Positions 6,918 to 15,528 of a stretch of DNA of 19,214 bases are shown piece after piece (within the stretch, counting starts at the first letter, position 1; each line of letters opens with the position of its first letter). This DNA comes from an uncultured Eubacteriales bacterium. Lineage in GTDB: Bacteria > Bacillota > Clostridia > TANB77 > RGIG9151. The translations under genes were made by a program, and so were the position numbers. The stretch spans positions 1-19,214 of the forward strand of contig CAZVVZ010000007.1 in the NCBI GenBank assembly GCA_964631135.1, given 5' to 3'. A model generated the notes under the pieces. The model was not told the origin of the DNA. It saw only the letters and a program-made list of their open reading frames with translations, and did no database searches.

Positions 6918-8210
6918 ATGAAAAAAGTCGCATTTTATACATTGGGTTGTAAAGTTAATCAATATGAAACAGATTCTATGAAGGCTATTTTTGAAAAAGA
7001 TGGCTTTATTGTTGTTGATTTTAATGAAGAAGCAGATATATATGTGATAAATACTTGTACTGTTACTGCAATGGGAGATAAGAAATCACGTCAAATTATA
7101 CATACTGCAAAGAAAAGCAACGAAAAAGCTTTGGTAGTTGTAACAGGCTGTATGGCACAGGCAAGCAAGGATGAAAACAGTGAGATTGACGGAGCGGATA
7201 TAGTTGTTGGAAATGAGGACAGAAAAAATATTTTGAATATAATAAAAGCATATAAAGGAGATAAACTTGTTAGTATTAGGGATATAAATAAGGAGAGAGA
7301 ATTTTGGGAATTAGATGGGACTGTTTCAGAAGACAGAACAAGAGCATATATAAAAATTCAGGATGGGTGCGATAGGTACTGTTCTTATTGCATAATACCT
7401 TATGTTAGAGGACCTGTAAGAAGCAGAAAGCTTGAAGATATAATAAAGGAAGCGAAAAGAATGGTAAATGAGGGCTTCTATGAAGTTCTTCTTGTCGGAA
7501 TTCATTTAGCTTCTTATGGCAAAGATTTAAAAACAGATACGTTAATAGATGTATTGGAAGAATTAAATAAGATAGAAGGTCTGAAAAGAATAAGGTTAGG
7601 CTCTTTAGAGCCACTATTTATAAATGAATCGACTATAGAAAGATTAAAAAAGTTAGACAAAGTTTGTAAGCATTTTCATTTATCTCTTCAAAGTGGCTGT
7701 GATGAAACCTTAAAGAGAATGAACAGACGATATACAACACAAGAATATGAAGAAAGAGTTAATATGATAAGAAAAGCCTTTCCTGATGCGGCAATAACTA
7801 CAGATATAATAACAGGATTCCCCGGAGAAACTCAGGAAGAATTTTTGAAGACGTATGAGTTTTTAAATAGGATAAAATTAAGTAAAATGCATGTTTTCCC
7901 ATATTCCATAAGAAAAGGAACAGTGGCGGAGAAGATGGAAGGGCAAATTGAAAAAAGCGTAAAAAAAGAAAGAGCAGAAAAATTGATAGAACTGTCTTTA
8001 AAAAATGAGATTGAGTTTGCAAAAAGGTTTATTGGCAGGGAAGTTGAAATTATACTAGAAAAAGGGCAAGTAGGTGAGTATAGAGAAGGATATACTAAAG
8101 AGTATGTAAAAATTTTATTCAAAGGAGGAAAGCCCGGAGAAGAAATTTTTGCAGTAGGGGAAAATGTTAATGAAGATGGAATTTTAATAGTTCGGTCAGC
8201 GAATGTCTAG
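6918..8210 (+). CDS. mtaB: tRNA (N6-threonylcarbamoyladenosine37-C2)-methylthiotransferase, MiaB-like radical SAM enzyme (430 aa)
   Basis: The N-terminal methylthiotransferase domain ([29 protein letters not shown] cysteines) is followed by the radical-SAM CDRYCSYC (CxxxCxxC) motif and a TRAM-like C-terminus. The N-terminus resembles Bacillus YqeV/MtaB more than MiaB. Confidence 0.8.
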   Translation: MKKVAFYTLGCKVNQYETDSMKAIFEKDGFIVVDFNEEADIYVINTCTVTAMGDKKSRQIIHTAKKSNEKALVVVTGCMAQASKDENSEIDGADIVVGNEDRKNILNIIKAYKGDKLVSIRDINKEREFWELDGTVSEDRTRAYIKIQDGCDRYCSYCIIPYVRGPVRSRKLEDIIKEAKRMVNEGFYEVLLVGIHLASYGKDLKTDTLIDVLEELNKIEGLKRIRLGSLEPLFINESTIERLKKLDKVCKHFHLSLQSGCDETLKRMNRRYTTQEYEERVNMIRKAFPDAAITTDIITGFPGETQEEFLKTYEFLNRIKLSKMHVFPYSIRKGTVAEKMEGQIEKSVKKERAEKLIELSLKNEIEFAKRFIGREVEIILEKGQVGEYREGYTKEYVKILFKGGKPGEEIFAVGENVNEDGILIVRSANV

Positions 8211-8224
8211 CATATTGAAAAAAG

Positions 8225-8259
8225 AAAGGTTGTATGATAAAATACCTTTGAGTTTTTTT
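8225..8259 (+). terminator. Weak hairpin plus T-run after mtaB (possible partial terminator)
   Basis: AAAGGT at 8225-8230 pairs with ACCTTT at 8244-8249, followed by GAGTTTTTTT. The stem is short and AT-rich, so strength is doubtful. Confidence 0.3.
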
Positions 8260-8274
8260 GAAAGGATGAATGAA

Positions 8275-9336
8275 ATGTATAATAAACTAAAAGCAGTTGA
8301 AGAAAAATTTAATGAATTAACTGAAAAAATAAGCGACCCTGCTATTATTGAACAGCAATCATTGTGGCAAAAGCTTATGAAGGAAAGAGCAGAAATAGAA
8401 GATGTTGTTGAGAAATATAGAGAGTTTAAACAGGTCAGAACAGATATTGATAGTGCTAAGGAACTACTTAATGATAAAGAGCTTCACGAATTAGCTCAAA
8501 TGGAAATTCTAACCGGTGAAGAGAAGCTTATTAAAATCGAAGAAGAATTGAAAATTTTGCTTCTACCTAAAGATCCTAACGACGATAAAAACGTTATTGT
8601 TGAAATTCGTGGAGGAGCTGGCGGAGAAGAAGCTGCCTTGTTTGCAGGTACATTATTTAGAATGTACAACATGTATGCTGAGCGAAAAAGATGGAAAGTT
8701 GAAATACTAAATGAAAACCCTACAGGACTTGGGGGTTTTAAAGAAGTTAGCTTTATGATTACAGGTAAGGGCGCTTATAGCAGATTAAAATTTGAGAGCG
8801 GAGTTCATAGAGTTCAACGTGTTCCGGAAACAGAAACTAACGGAAGAATTCATACTTCTACTGTTACGGTTGCTGTGCTACCTGAATTAGAAGATGTTGA
8901 TATAGAAATAAATCCAAGCGACCTAAAAGTTGATACTTATCGTTCAAGTGGTGCCGGTGGTCAGCATGTAAATAAAACAGAATCCGCCATAAGAATTACA
9001 CACATTCCTACGGGAATTGTTGTTGCATGCCAGGAGGAACGTTCTCAGATTCAAAACAGAGAACGTGCGATGACAATGCTTAGGGCTAAGCTGTTTGAAC
9101 AACAGGAAGAAGAAAGAATGAAAAAATTGGCAAGTGATAGAAAGATGCAGGTCGGAACAGGGGATAGAAGCGAAAAAATCAGGACATATAATTATCCTCA
9201 GGGAAGAATTACAGATCATAGAATAAACTTTAGCATGTTCCAAATGGATAATTTTATGAATGGCGATTTGGATGAAATGATAGATGCATTGATTACTGCG
9301 GATAGAGCTATTAAGTTATCTGCTCAAAATGTATAG
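8275..9336 (+). CDS. prfA: Peptide chain release factor 1 (353 aa from ATG 8275)
   Basis: Contains the GGQ motif ([23 protein letters not shown]) and the RF1-type PxT tripeptide (PET in RVQRVPETE). The N-terminus [22 protein letters not shown] aligns with known RF1 N-termini. RBS GAAAGGA lies 8 nt upstream of ATG 8275. The track's start at 8203 overlaps mtaB and is probably an artefactual extension. Confidence 0.95.
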   Translation: MYNKLKAVEEKFNELTEKISDPAIIEQQSLWQKLMKERAEIEDVVEKYREFKQVRTDIDSAKELLNDKELHELAQMEILTGEEKLIKIEEELKILLLPKDPNDDKNVIVEIRGGAGGEEAALFAGTLFRMYNMYAERKRWKVEILNENPTGLGGFKEVSFMITGKGAYSRLKFESGVHRVQRVPETETNGRIHTSTVTVAVLPELEDVDIEINPSDLKVDTYRSSGAGGQHVNKTESAIRITHIPTGIVVACQEERSQIQNRERAMTMLRAKLFEQQEEERMKKLASDRKMQVGTGDRSEKIRTYNYPQGRITDHRINFSMFQMDNFMNGDLDEMIDALITADRAIKLSAQNV

Positions 9337-9348
9337 GAAGAGGTTTAA

Positions 9349-10224
9349 ATGAAGAAATTATCTTTAATTTTAGTGCTTATGATATTGATGACAGGATGTA
9401 CTAATAGTCAAAAAGTAGAAGAAAAAGATACTTTTGATATTGTTACGTCCTTTTATCCTATTTATATTTTTACACAAAACATTGCAAAAGATGTCCCAAA
9501 TGTGACTATAAAAAACATGTCCAGTGAACATTCCGGGTGCTTGCATAATTATCAGTTAACTACATCAGATATGAAATTGATCGATAATGCGGATGTTTTT
9601 ATAATAAACGGGGCAGGTCTTGAAACTTTTTTAGAAAAAGCATATAGCCTGCGGGAAAATTTAGAGGTAGTTGATTCAAGTGAAGGCATAGAACTCTTAA
9701 CAGAAAAATTTTCAGATGAAGACAATGAACATATTTGGCTTAGCTTAACGAATGCTATTACTCAAGTTCAAAATATTGGGAATAGGCTTTCTGAAATAGA
9801 TAAAGAGCATGAAGAGCTATATTTGGAGAATACCGATAAGTATATAAAGCGATTGGAAAACTTGAAAAACGAGCTTAGAGAAAGTATAGCCCAACATTCA
9901 GATATAAAATTGGTTACATCGCATGACGCATTTCCTTATTTCGCTAAAGATTTTGGATTTGAAATTGCTGCCGTTATTGAAAAAGAAGAAGGTACGGCAC
10001 CTACTTCAAAAGAAATACAGAATATTATTGATATTATAAAAAATGATAAAATAAAAGCTATTTTTATAGAAGAAGATGACTCTGGTAAAATTGCTGATAC
10101 TATTGCAAATGAAAGTGGAGCTAAAGTTTTTAAACTTGATACCATAACTTTTGGAGACGGAGATATAGAAGATTATGAAAATAGAATGAGAGAAAATATA
10201 AAGGTGATAAAGGAGAGCATATAA
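9349..10224 (+). CDS. Metal (zinc/manganese-type) ABC transporter substrate-binding lipoprotein, ZnuA/TroA family (291 aa)
   Basis: Contains a lipoprotein signal with lipobox LMTGC. The cluster A-I binding-protein layout is present, with His residues in SEHSGCLHNY, an acidic/His loop SDEDNEHIWLS and the THDAFPYF motif. Confidence 0.8.
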   Translation: MKKLSLILVLMILMTGCTNSQKVEEKDTFDIVTSFYPIYIFTQNIAKDVPNVTIKNMSSEHSGCLHNYQLTTSDMKLIDNADVFIINGAGLETFLEKAYSLRENLEVVDSSEGIELLTEKFSDEDNEHIWLSLTNAITQVQNIGNRLSEIDKEHEELYLENTDKYIKRLENLKNELRESIAQHSDIKLVTSHDAFPYFAKDFGFEIAAVIEKEEGTAPTSKEIQNIIDIIKNDKIKAIFIEEDDSGKIADTIANESGAKVFKLDTITFGDGDIEDYENRMRENIKVIKESI

Positions 10225-10950
10225 GTGAAATTAAGACTTAGAAAGTGTAGTTTATGCTGTACAAAAATAAATAATTTTGCCGTAAAAAAGGGCGAAACAG
10301 TCATTTTGGACAATATAAATTTGCATATACATTGTGGTGATTTAACAGCAATAATAGGCCCGAACGGAGCAGGAAAGAGTACACTTTTAAAAGCAATTTT
10401 AGGTGAAATTCCTCATGAAGGCACATTATCTTTTGTTGACGAAAAAGATAAAAAAACTAGAAAGCCTAATATTGGATATGTACCTCAAACTTTAGAATTT
10501 GACAGAACATCACCTATTAGTGTTAAAGATTTGTTTAATGTTACATATTGCAATTTCCCTTTATGGATAAAAAGAGACAAAAAAGCGGAAACAATAGCAA
10601 AGGAAGCTTTAATAAGAGTTGAAGCAGAAGAATTATTAAATAAAAAATTAGGAGCTTTATCAGGCGGAGAGTTGCAAAGGGTGATGCTGGCGCTTTCATT
10701 AAATCCGATGCCGGACATTCTGCTTTTAGATGAGCCTGTTTCCGGAGTAGATAGAAGGGGCATGAAATTATTTTATGAGATTGTTTCAAAAATAAGGAAA
10801 GATTATGATCTTACGGTAATTTTAGTTTCACATGATTTTGAAGCTGTAAAAGAATATGCGGATAAAGTAGTTTTATTAGATAAGAAGATATTAAAACAGG
10901 GTAGCCCGAGCGAGGTATTTAACAGTAAAGAGTTTAAGGATGCTTTTTAA
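10225..10950 (+). CDS. Metal ABC transporter ATP-binding protein, ZnuC-like (241 aa, GTG start)
   Basis: Walker A GPNGAGKST, Q-loop YVPQ, ABC signature LSGGELQR, Walker B ILLLDEP and H-loop VSHD are all present. The GTG start immediately follows the preceding stop and has AAGGAGAG 7 nt upstream. Confidence 0.85.
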   Translation: MKLRLRKCSLCCTKINNFAVKKGETVILDNINLHIHCGDLTAIIGPNGAGKSTLLKAILGEIPHEGTLSFVDEKDKKTRKPNIGYVPQTLEFDRTSPISVKDLFNVTYCNFPLWIKRDKKAETIAKEALIRVEAEELLNKKLGALSGGELQRVMLALSLNPMPDILLLDEPVSGVDRRGMKLFYEIVSKIRKDYDLTVILVSHDFEAVKEYADKVVLLDKKILKQGSPSEVFNSKEFKDAF

Positions 10951-10964
10951 GGAGATGAGGTAGG

Positions 10965-12065
10965 TTGAAAAAGGCAATAATTTTAGCAATTATTACAGTA
11001 TGCTTGGTTTCTTTTTCTGTAGTTTTTTATTATAAACAAACAGATTTTTCAAATGGCGGAGAGCAATTTGTTGAAGAAAAAAATGTTGCACAAGTTGAAG
11101 AAAAAAATAAAGAAAGCAATTGGTTTAACTTAGAAAAAACAGAAGAAGATGAAGGAACGGCTAGTACTGAAGAAGATAAAGAAATTGAAGATATACAGTC
11201 AGCTACTCCTCAAAAAGATTTATCTATTTGTAATGAAAACGGGAAAATTATGGTGCTTATGTATCATAAATTTGCCAAAACATCAACAGATGGGTGGACT
11301 CGCTCTTTTAGTGATTTTAAAAAAGATTTACAAACATTATACGAAAAAAATTATTATCCTATAAATATGAGTGATTATATAGCCGGAAGGATAGATGTTC
11401 CGTATGGGAAAACTCCGGTTATTCTTACTTTTGATGATGGCTCTGCCGGGCAGCTCAGTTTCGAATGGGTAGAAGATGAATTAACTATAAAAGAAGATAC
11501 TGCGGTTAAGATTTATCAGGATTTTGTGAAGGAACATCCTGATTTCCCGATGAAGGGTACATTTTATATAATGTCTACTAATTTCTTTGGAGCAAAAGGG
11601 ACTTTAAAGCAGAGACTAGAGTATTTAATATCTCAAGGATTTGAAATAGGGAATCAAACAAAAAATCATTATGCTTTGCAAAATGCAGATTCTGCAAGTC
11701 GGGTTACAGAGGAAGTGGGCGGACTTGCAAAGTTTGTGGATGAGTTAATTCCCGGATATGTCATCAATTCATTTTCGCCTCCGGGCGGAATTATGACAAA
11801 AAAATATGCCGAACAAGTTTATTCCGGAGAATATGAAGGATTTAAGTATGAAAACAAGGGAATTGTTTTATTATATTCCTCCAAACCTGCACTTTCACCT
11901 ATAAGCGAAGAACTTGATTTAAAGAATATACCTAGAATAAGGGTGGCTGGAAAAGATAAAATAAATAATGATTTTGATTACTGGATAAAATATTTCGATG
12001 AACATCCTGAAGAAAGATATGTAAGTGACGGAGATGTTAATACTTTTGTGACTAACGAAAACTGA
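10965..12065 (+). CDS. Membrane-anchored polysaccharide deacetylase (CE4/NodB) family protein with atypical catalytic motifs (366 aa, TTG start)
   Basis: The N-terminal TM helix (AIILAIITVCLVSFSVVFYY) is followed by an acidic linker, a VLMYHKF segment and the NodB motif 1 ILTFDDGS. The motif-2 position reads EIGNQTKNH, where HTxxH would be expected. Confidence 0.75.
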   Translation: MKKAIILAIITVCLVSFSVVFYYKQTDFSNGGEQFVEEKNVAQVEEKNKESNWFNLEKTEEDEGTASTEEDKEIEDIQSATPQKDLSICNENGKIMVLMYHKFAKTSTDGWTRSFSDFKKDLQTLYEKNYYPINMSDYIAGRIDVPYGKTPVILTFDDGSAGQLSFEWVEDELTIKEDTAVKIYQDFVKEHPDFPMKGTFYIMSTNFFGAKGTLKQRLEYLISQGFEIGNQTKNHYALQNADSASRVTEEVGGLAKFVDELIPGYVINSFSPPGGIMTKKYAEQVYSGEYEGFKYENKGIVLLYSSKPALSPISEELDLKNIPRIRVAGKDKINNDFDYWIKYFDEHPEERYVSDGDVNTFVTNEN

Positions 12066-12097
12066 TGAGATATTAAAAGTGAAAGAACTCGAAAAAT

Positions 12098-12127
12098 AAA
12101 AAACACATTGATAACAATGTGTTTTTT
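12098..12127. terminator. Bidirectional rho-independent terminator between convergent genes
   Basis: AAAAAACACATTG at 12098-12110 pairs perfectly with CAATGTGTTTTTT at 12115-12127 around the loop ATAA. The A-run and T-run give a U-tract on both strands. Confidence 0.8.
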
Positions 12128-12142
12128 AATGCGCATTAAAAA

Positions 12143-12487
12143 CTAATCACAATATATAGTATAATTATTACCGTTATTATTATCCCAGTTGTTACAAGTA
12201 TCTTTGAAGCAAAGATTTAGTGCTGAGTTATAAGCTGTAATTGTTGTTGAAAAGCCTGTCTTGGTTTTTGACATCTTAATATCGTCAACGTTTTCCCAAG
12301 AATCTCCCCAACCGATATGTGCATAAACTTCATTAGCACCAGACTGAGAAAGTAGACCTGTATAAGTTACTTTGATTTTATCACCTGAAGAAAAATTTGA
12401 AGGTGTTACAGTGATTCCGTTGTTTTTGTATCTGTTAGTTATTGAACAACGGCTGCTAGATGTAGTAGATTTTTTTGTTGCTGCCAT
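12143..12487 (-). CDS. Small stand-alone CBM25/CBM53-like (alpha-glucan/starch-binding type) domain protein, no signal peptide (114 aa)
   Basis: I prefer the internal ATG at 12485-12487 (MAATKK...) because AAAGGAG lies 8 nt upstream on the minus strand. The track's start at 12553 has no RBS. The pattern KVTYTG.L....ANEVYAHIGWG.SWENV......M........FSTTI...ALNLCFKD..NNWDNNNGNNY matches the hallmark layout of CBM25/53 modules, including the terminal WDNN.G.NY. Confidence 0.55.
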   Translation of the reverse strand: MAATKKSTTSSSRCSITNRYKNNGITVTPSNFSSGDKIKVTYTGLLSQSGANEVYAHIGWGDSWENVDDIKMSKTKTGFSTTITAYNSALNLCFKDTCNNWDNNNGNNYTIYCD

Positions 12488-12620
12488 GTTGAACACTCCT
12501 TTCATGAATAGATAAATACAATTTATTTTCTTTTTTTTATTATTATTATGCAATGGTTATTTTTGACGATTTTTATAAAATATATTCATTTATGTCGAAA
12601 AAACTTTAATTTTCTTCAAA

Positions 12621-12649
12621 TTGCTAAAAAGTAGCATAAAAAATATATT
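12621..12649 (+). promoter_or_regulatory. Candidate sigma-A promoter for the amidase gene
   Basis: -35 TTGCTA at 12621-12626, a 17-nt spacer, and -10 TATATT at 12644-12649. Confidence 0.4.
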
Positions 12650-12720
12650 GGGTATGGACATTTCCATTTTAATAGTATAAAATACTATTGGGGAAAATAG
12701 TCGAAAAGGAAGAGATACAT

Positions 12721-13674
12721 ATGAAAAAATTTTTAATTTTAATGTTTATGTTTTTTATAATAATAGGCTCAAATGCATATGCTACAAATTATATACAGGA
12801 TATTAAAGTTACAAAAAATGAGGTTGGTACTAAAATTGAAGTTTTAACATCTTCAGAAATTAAGTATTCGGTTGGCAAACTTTTAGCAAACAAAAAAATA
12901 TATTTTGATTTTTCCGATACAATAATTACGAACAAGAAAACTGTATATGTTAATGACGGAAGAATGACTACGGTAAGAGCTGCACAGAATGCTACGAAGC
13001 CTGAGTACATAAGTAGAGTGGTTTTAGATATGGTGAATATGGATGAGTACTCGGTAGCTCTTTCTGAAGATAAAAAAACATTGATAATTTCATTTGGGGC
13101 GGTTACAGCCTTTAGCGGACAGAATTTTACCGGCCCGAAGAAAATTATTGTATTAGATGCAGGGCATGGCGGTAAGGATCCGGGAGCAGTGATATCAGAT
13201 TTAACAGAAAAAAATTTGAACTTAGATATTGCAAAAAGAGTACAAGCTTTACTTAGTGCTGATTCAAGATATGAAGTTTATATGACAAGAGAAAATGACG
13301 TTTTTGTTGAACTGGTAGACAGAGCGAAATTTGCAAATAATAAAAAAGCAGATTTGTTTGTTTCAATACATAACAATTCAATGCCTAAAAGCTTTTCCGG
13401 TTCAATGATTTTATATAATGCTTCTAAGAATGCGAGCAACAAAGCATTAGCAGAAAGTTTTTATGAAATAGTAGGAAAAGCTAGTGGATTAACAGGAATC
13501 GGAGCTCGTTCAAGGGAAGATTTGGCCGTATTAAAAAATATTGACATGCCGGGAGTTTTAGTTGAAGTTGCTTGTATGAGTAATATAAAGGATAGAAGAG
13601 AGTTAAGAAAAGAAAGCTTTAAGCAGAAAATGGCACAAGGTATATATGATTCTATTGTTAAAGCTACTGTTTAA
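12721..13674 (+). CDS. N-acetylmuramoyl-L-alanine amidase (AMIN domain + Amidase_3 domain), secreted (317 aa from ATG 12721)
   Basis: ATG 12721 is preceded by AAAGGAAGAG. The track's TTG at 12688 is less likely. The signal peptide MKKFLILMFMFFIIIGSNAYA is followed by an AMIN-like N-domain (...SRVVLDM...). The Amidase_3 hallmarks VLDAGHGGKDPGA, LFVSIHNNS and VLVEVACMSN are present. Confidence 0.9.
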   Translation: MKKFLILMFMFFIIIGSNAYATNYIQDIKVTKNEVGTKIEVLTSSEIKYSVGKLLANKKIYFDFSDTIITNKKTVYVNDGRMTTVRAAQNATKPEYISRVVLDMVNMDEYSVALSEDKKTLIISFGAVTAFSGQNFTGPKKIIVLDAGHGGKDPGAVISDLTEKNLNLDIAKRVQALLSADSRYEVYMTRENDVFVELVDRAKFANNKKADLFVSIHNNSMPKSFSGSMILYNASKNASNKALAESFYEIVGKASGLTGIGARSREDLAVLKNIDMPGVLVEVACMSNIKDRRELRKESFKQKMAQGIYDSIVKATV

Positions 13675-13698
13675 AAGATGCATTATGCATCTTTTTTT
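13673..13698 (+). terminator. Rho-independent terminator after the amidase gene
   Basis: AAAAGATGCA at 13673-13682 pairs with TGCATCTTTT at 13686-13695 around the loop TTA. The T-run continues to 13698. Confidence 0.7.
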
Positions 13699-13714
13699 TG
13701 CATAAAAATGTTTT

Positions 13715-14758
13715 ATGAGAAAAATTATTAAATCAAGTATATTTTTTATTTCTGTTTTTTTAATAATCAATTTTGTTGGTATAATGATACTGAAAAATAC
13801 TGAGATTGGGATTTCTCTGATTGGAAAGGGAATCCCTTTAATTCGTGCTGTAAATGAAGAAATTGTTGGCATAAGACTTCTTTCGTATGTTGATATTATA
13901 AAAGACAAGTTCATGAGCGAAGATGTTTTTATTGAGCTTCCTGAAGATTCTGCTGAATTAGAGCCTCAAAATATAGAAGAAGAAAAAGTTATAGAAGAAA
14001 TAAAAGAAAATAATTATGACATAAAGAGTGTTACATTGGATTGGAATAATGAATTTAAGAATAATACTAAATATAATGTAGATACAGAAGAACTAAAACG
14101 TGAAAAATTAGCATTTGATTTAAAAAAGACAGGGACAGAGGTAATAATTTACCATACTCATACTACAGAAGCTTATACAAAAACAGAAGATGATGTATAT
14201 GAAGAAAGTGGAGTATTTAGGACTTTAGATAAAAATTATAATGTAGTAAGGGTGGGAGAAAGAATAAAAGAATTGTTGGAGAAAAGAGGAATCGGAGTTT
14301 ATCACGAACAAGAAATATATGATTATCCTTCATACAATTTATCTTATAGTAAGGCAGGAAAGGCAATTGATTCTTTAACTAAAAAATATAAGAATGCAAA
14401 CATTGTTTTAGATGTACACAGAGATGCAATAGGAACAGCAAGCGAGGTTTATAGACCTATTGTGAATATTGCAGGGAAAAATGTGGCTCAAATTTTGCTA
14501 GTAGTTGGAAGTAACCAAGGAGGGCTAAATCATAGTAGATGGAGAGAAAATTTAAAGTTTGCACTAAAAATTCAGCAAATTGCAAACCAAAAGTACCCAG
14601 GATTATGTAGATATGTTATACTAAGAAAAGAAAGATTTAATCAGCATGTAGCTCCGGGAGCAATTATAGTAGAGATGGGAGCAACAGGTAATACGATGGA
14701 AGAAGTTTTGGAATCTGCTGATTTATTTACAGATGTATTACTAGAAGTGATTGAATAG
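13715..14758 (+). CDS. spoIIP: Stage II sporulation protein P (347 aa)
   Basis: The N-terminal TM segment is followed by the conserved SpoIIP blocks IYHTHTTEAY, DVHRDA and VEMG. There is no clear RBS before ATG 13715, so the exact start is less certain. Confidence 0.85.
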   Translation: MRKIIKSSIFFISVFLIINFVGIMILKNTEIGISLIGKGIPLIRAVNEEIVGIRLLSYVDIIKDKFMSEDVFIELPEDSAELEPQNIEEEKVIEEIKENNYDIKSVTLDWNNEFKNNTKYNVDTEELKREKLAFDLKKTGTEVIIYHTHTTEAYTKTEDDVYEESGVFRTLDKNYNVVRVGERIKELLEKRGIGVYHEQEIYDYPSYNLSYSKAGKAIDSLTKKYKNANIVLDVHRDAIGTASEVYRPIVNIAGKNVAQILLVVGSNQGGLNHSRWRENLKFALKIQQIANQKYPGLCRYVILRKERFNQHVAPGAIIVEMGATGNTMEEVLESADLFTDVLLEVIE

Positions 14759-14770
14759 GAGGCTGAATAT

Positions 14771-15490
14771 ATGGCAAGGAGATTTATTATAAAAGAAAAA
14801 ATTGAAGTAGGACAGGAATTTGAAATTGTGGGAGAAGAAGCAAAGCACATTATGGTTTTACGTCATAATGTAGGAGAAAAAATTTTAGTAAATGATAAAA
14901 TTTGTAGGATAAAGGCAATAACAAAGCAGTCAATCGTTTGTGAGGCAATAGAGCAATCGAAAGAAGAAGGAGTACCGTGTATAAAAATTACACTTTTTCA
15001 AGCTTTATTAAAAGCGGACAAGATGGAATTTGCTATACAAAAATCTGTAGAAGTCGGAGCTACGGAAATAGTTCCTTTTGTTAGTAGAAATGTTGTGGTT
15101 AAATTGGATGATAAAGATAAAATAAAGAAAGTTGAAAGATGGAATAAAATAAGTACGGAAGCTTCAAAGCAATGCGGAAGAAGTGATATAGTTAATGTCA
15201 GTAAGATACACAGTTTTAATGAAATGAAAGAAAGACTTAGAGAATTTGACAAAGTAATAATTGCTTATGAAAAAGAAACTAATAATTTAAAAGAATTTAT
15301 AAGAAGTAATTTAGATGTAAAAAATGTAGCAATTATTGTAGGAGCAGAAGGAGGCTTTGAGCAAGATGAGGTTAAAGAAGTTTTAGAAAATGAAAATTCT
15401 GTTTCTGTGAGTCTTGGCAAAAGAATATTGCGAGCAGAAACAGCAAGCCTTAATTTACTGTCTATACTGATGTATGAATTTGATATGTAA
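14771..15490 (+). CDS. rsmE: 16S rRNA (uracil1498-N3)-methyltransferase (239 aa)
   Basis: Has the RsmE layout: a PUA-like N-domain starting MARRFII, a SPOUT C-domain with IIVGAEGGF, and the C-terminal LGKRILRAETA motif. RBS AGGAGG precedes the start. Confidence 0.9.
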   Translation: MARRFIIKEKIEVGQEFEIVGEEAKHIMVLRHNVGEKILVNDKICRIKAITKQSIVCEAIEQSKEEGVPCIKITLFQALLKADKMEFAIQKSVEVGATEIVPFVSRNVVVKLDDKDKIKKVERWNKISTEASKQCGRSDIVNVSKIHSFNEMKERLREFDKVIIAYEKETNNLKEFIRSNLDVKNVAIIVGAEGGFEQDEVKEVLENENSVSVSLGKRILRAETASLNLLSILMYEFDM

Positions 15491-15519
15491 AACTAATACT
15501 GGAAATTATGTGGGAAACA

Positions 15520-15528
15520 TGGTAGAAT
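15520..15528 (+). promoter_or_regulatory. Possible extended -10 element (TGgTAGAAT) ahead of the PilZ gene
   Basis: TGG at 15520-15522 plus TAGAAT at 15523-15528. No good -35 is seen. The element abuts the ATG at 15529 that the ORF track uses as the start. Confidence 0.35.

Noticed and set aside
8203-8274. N-terminal extension of prfA starting at ATG 8203 and overlapping the mtaB stop
   Set aside because: RF1 homology begins at the Met encoded at 8275, which has a good RBS. The extension runs across a hairpin/T-run and adds residues not seen in RF1 N-termini.
11070-11108. 15-nt direct repeat GTTGAAGAAAAAAAT (11070-11084 and 11094-11108), and the 12-nt repeat ACATTAAAAACT at 6342-6353 and 6393-6404
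   Set aside because: Both lie inside coding linkers: VEEKN twice in the deacetylase linker and TLKT twice in gene B. They are short, low-complexity duplications with no sign of an independent function.
13680-13708. Sigma-E-like promoter (GCATTAT ... CATAAAAT) in front of spoIIP
   Set aside because: The match is partial and AT-rich, and it overlaps the amidase terminator. It would also place the transcription start at or beyond the only start codon that preserves the SpoIIP TM segment. It cannot be supported without a PWM scan or transcript mapping.
13603-13914. 103-aa minus-strand ORF across the amidase/spoIIP junction
   Set aside because: It overlaps the 3' end of the amidase, its terminator and the 5' end of spoIIP. 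It has no RBS or recognisable motif.
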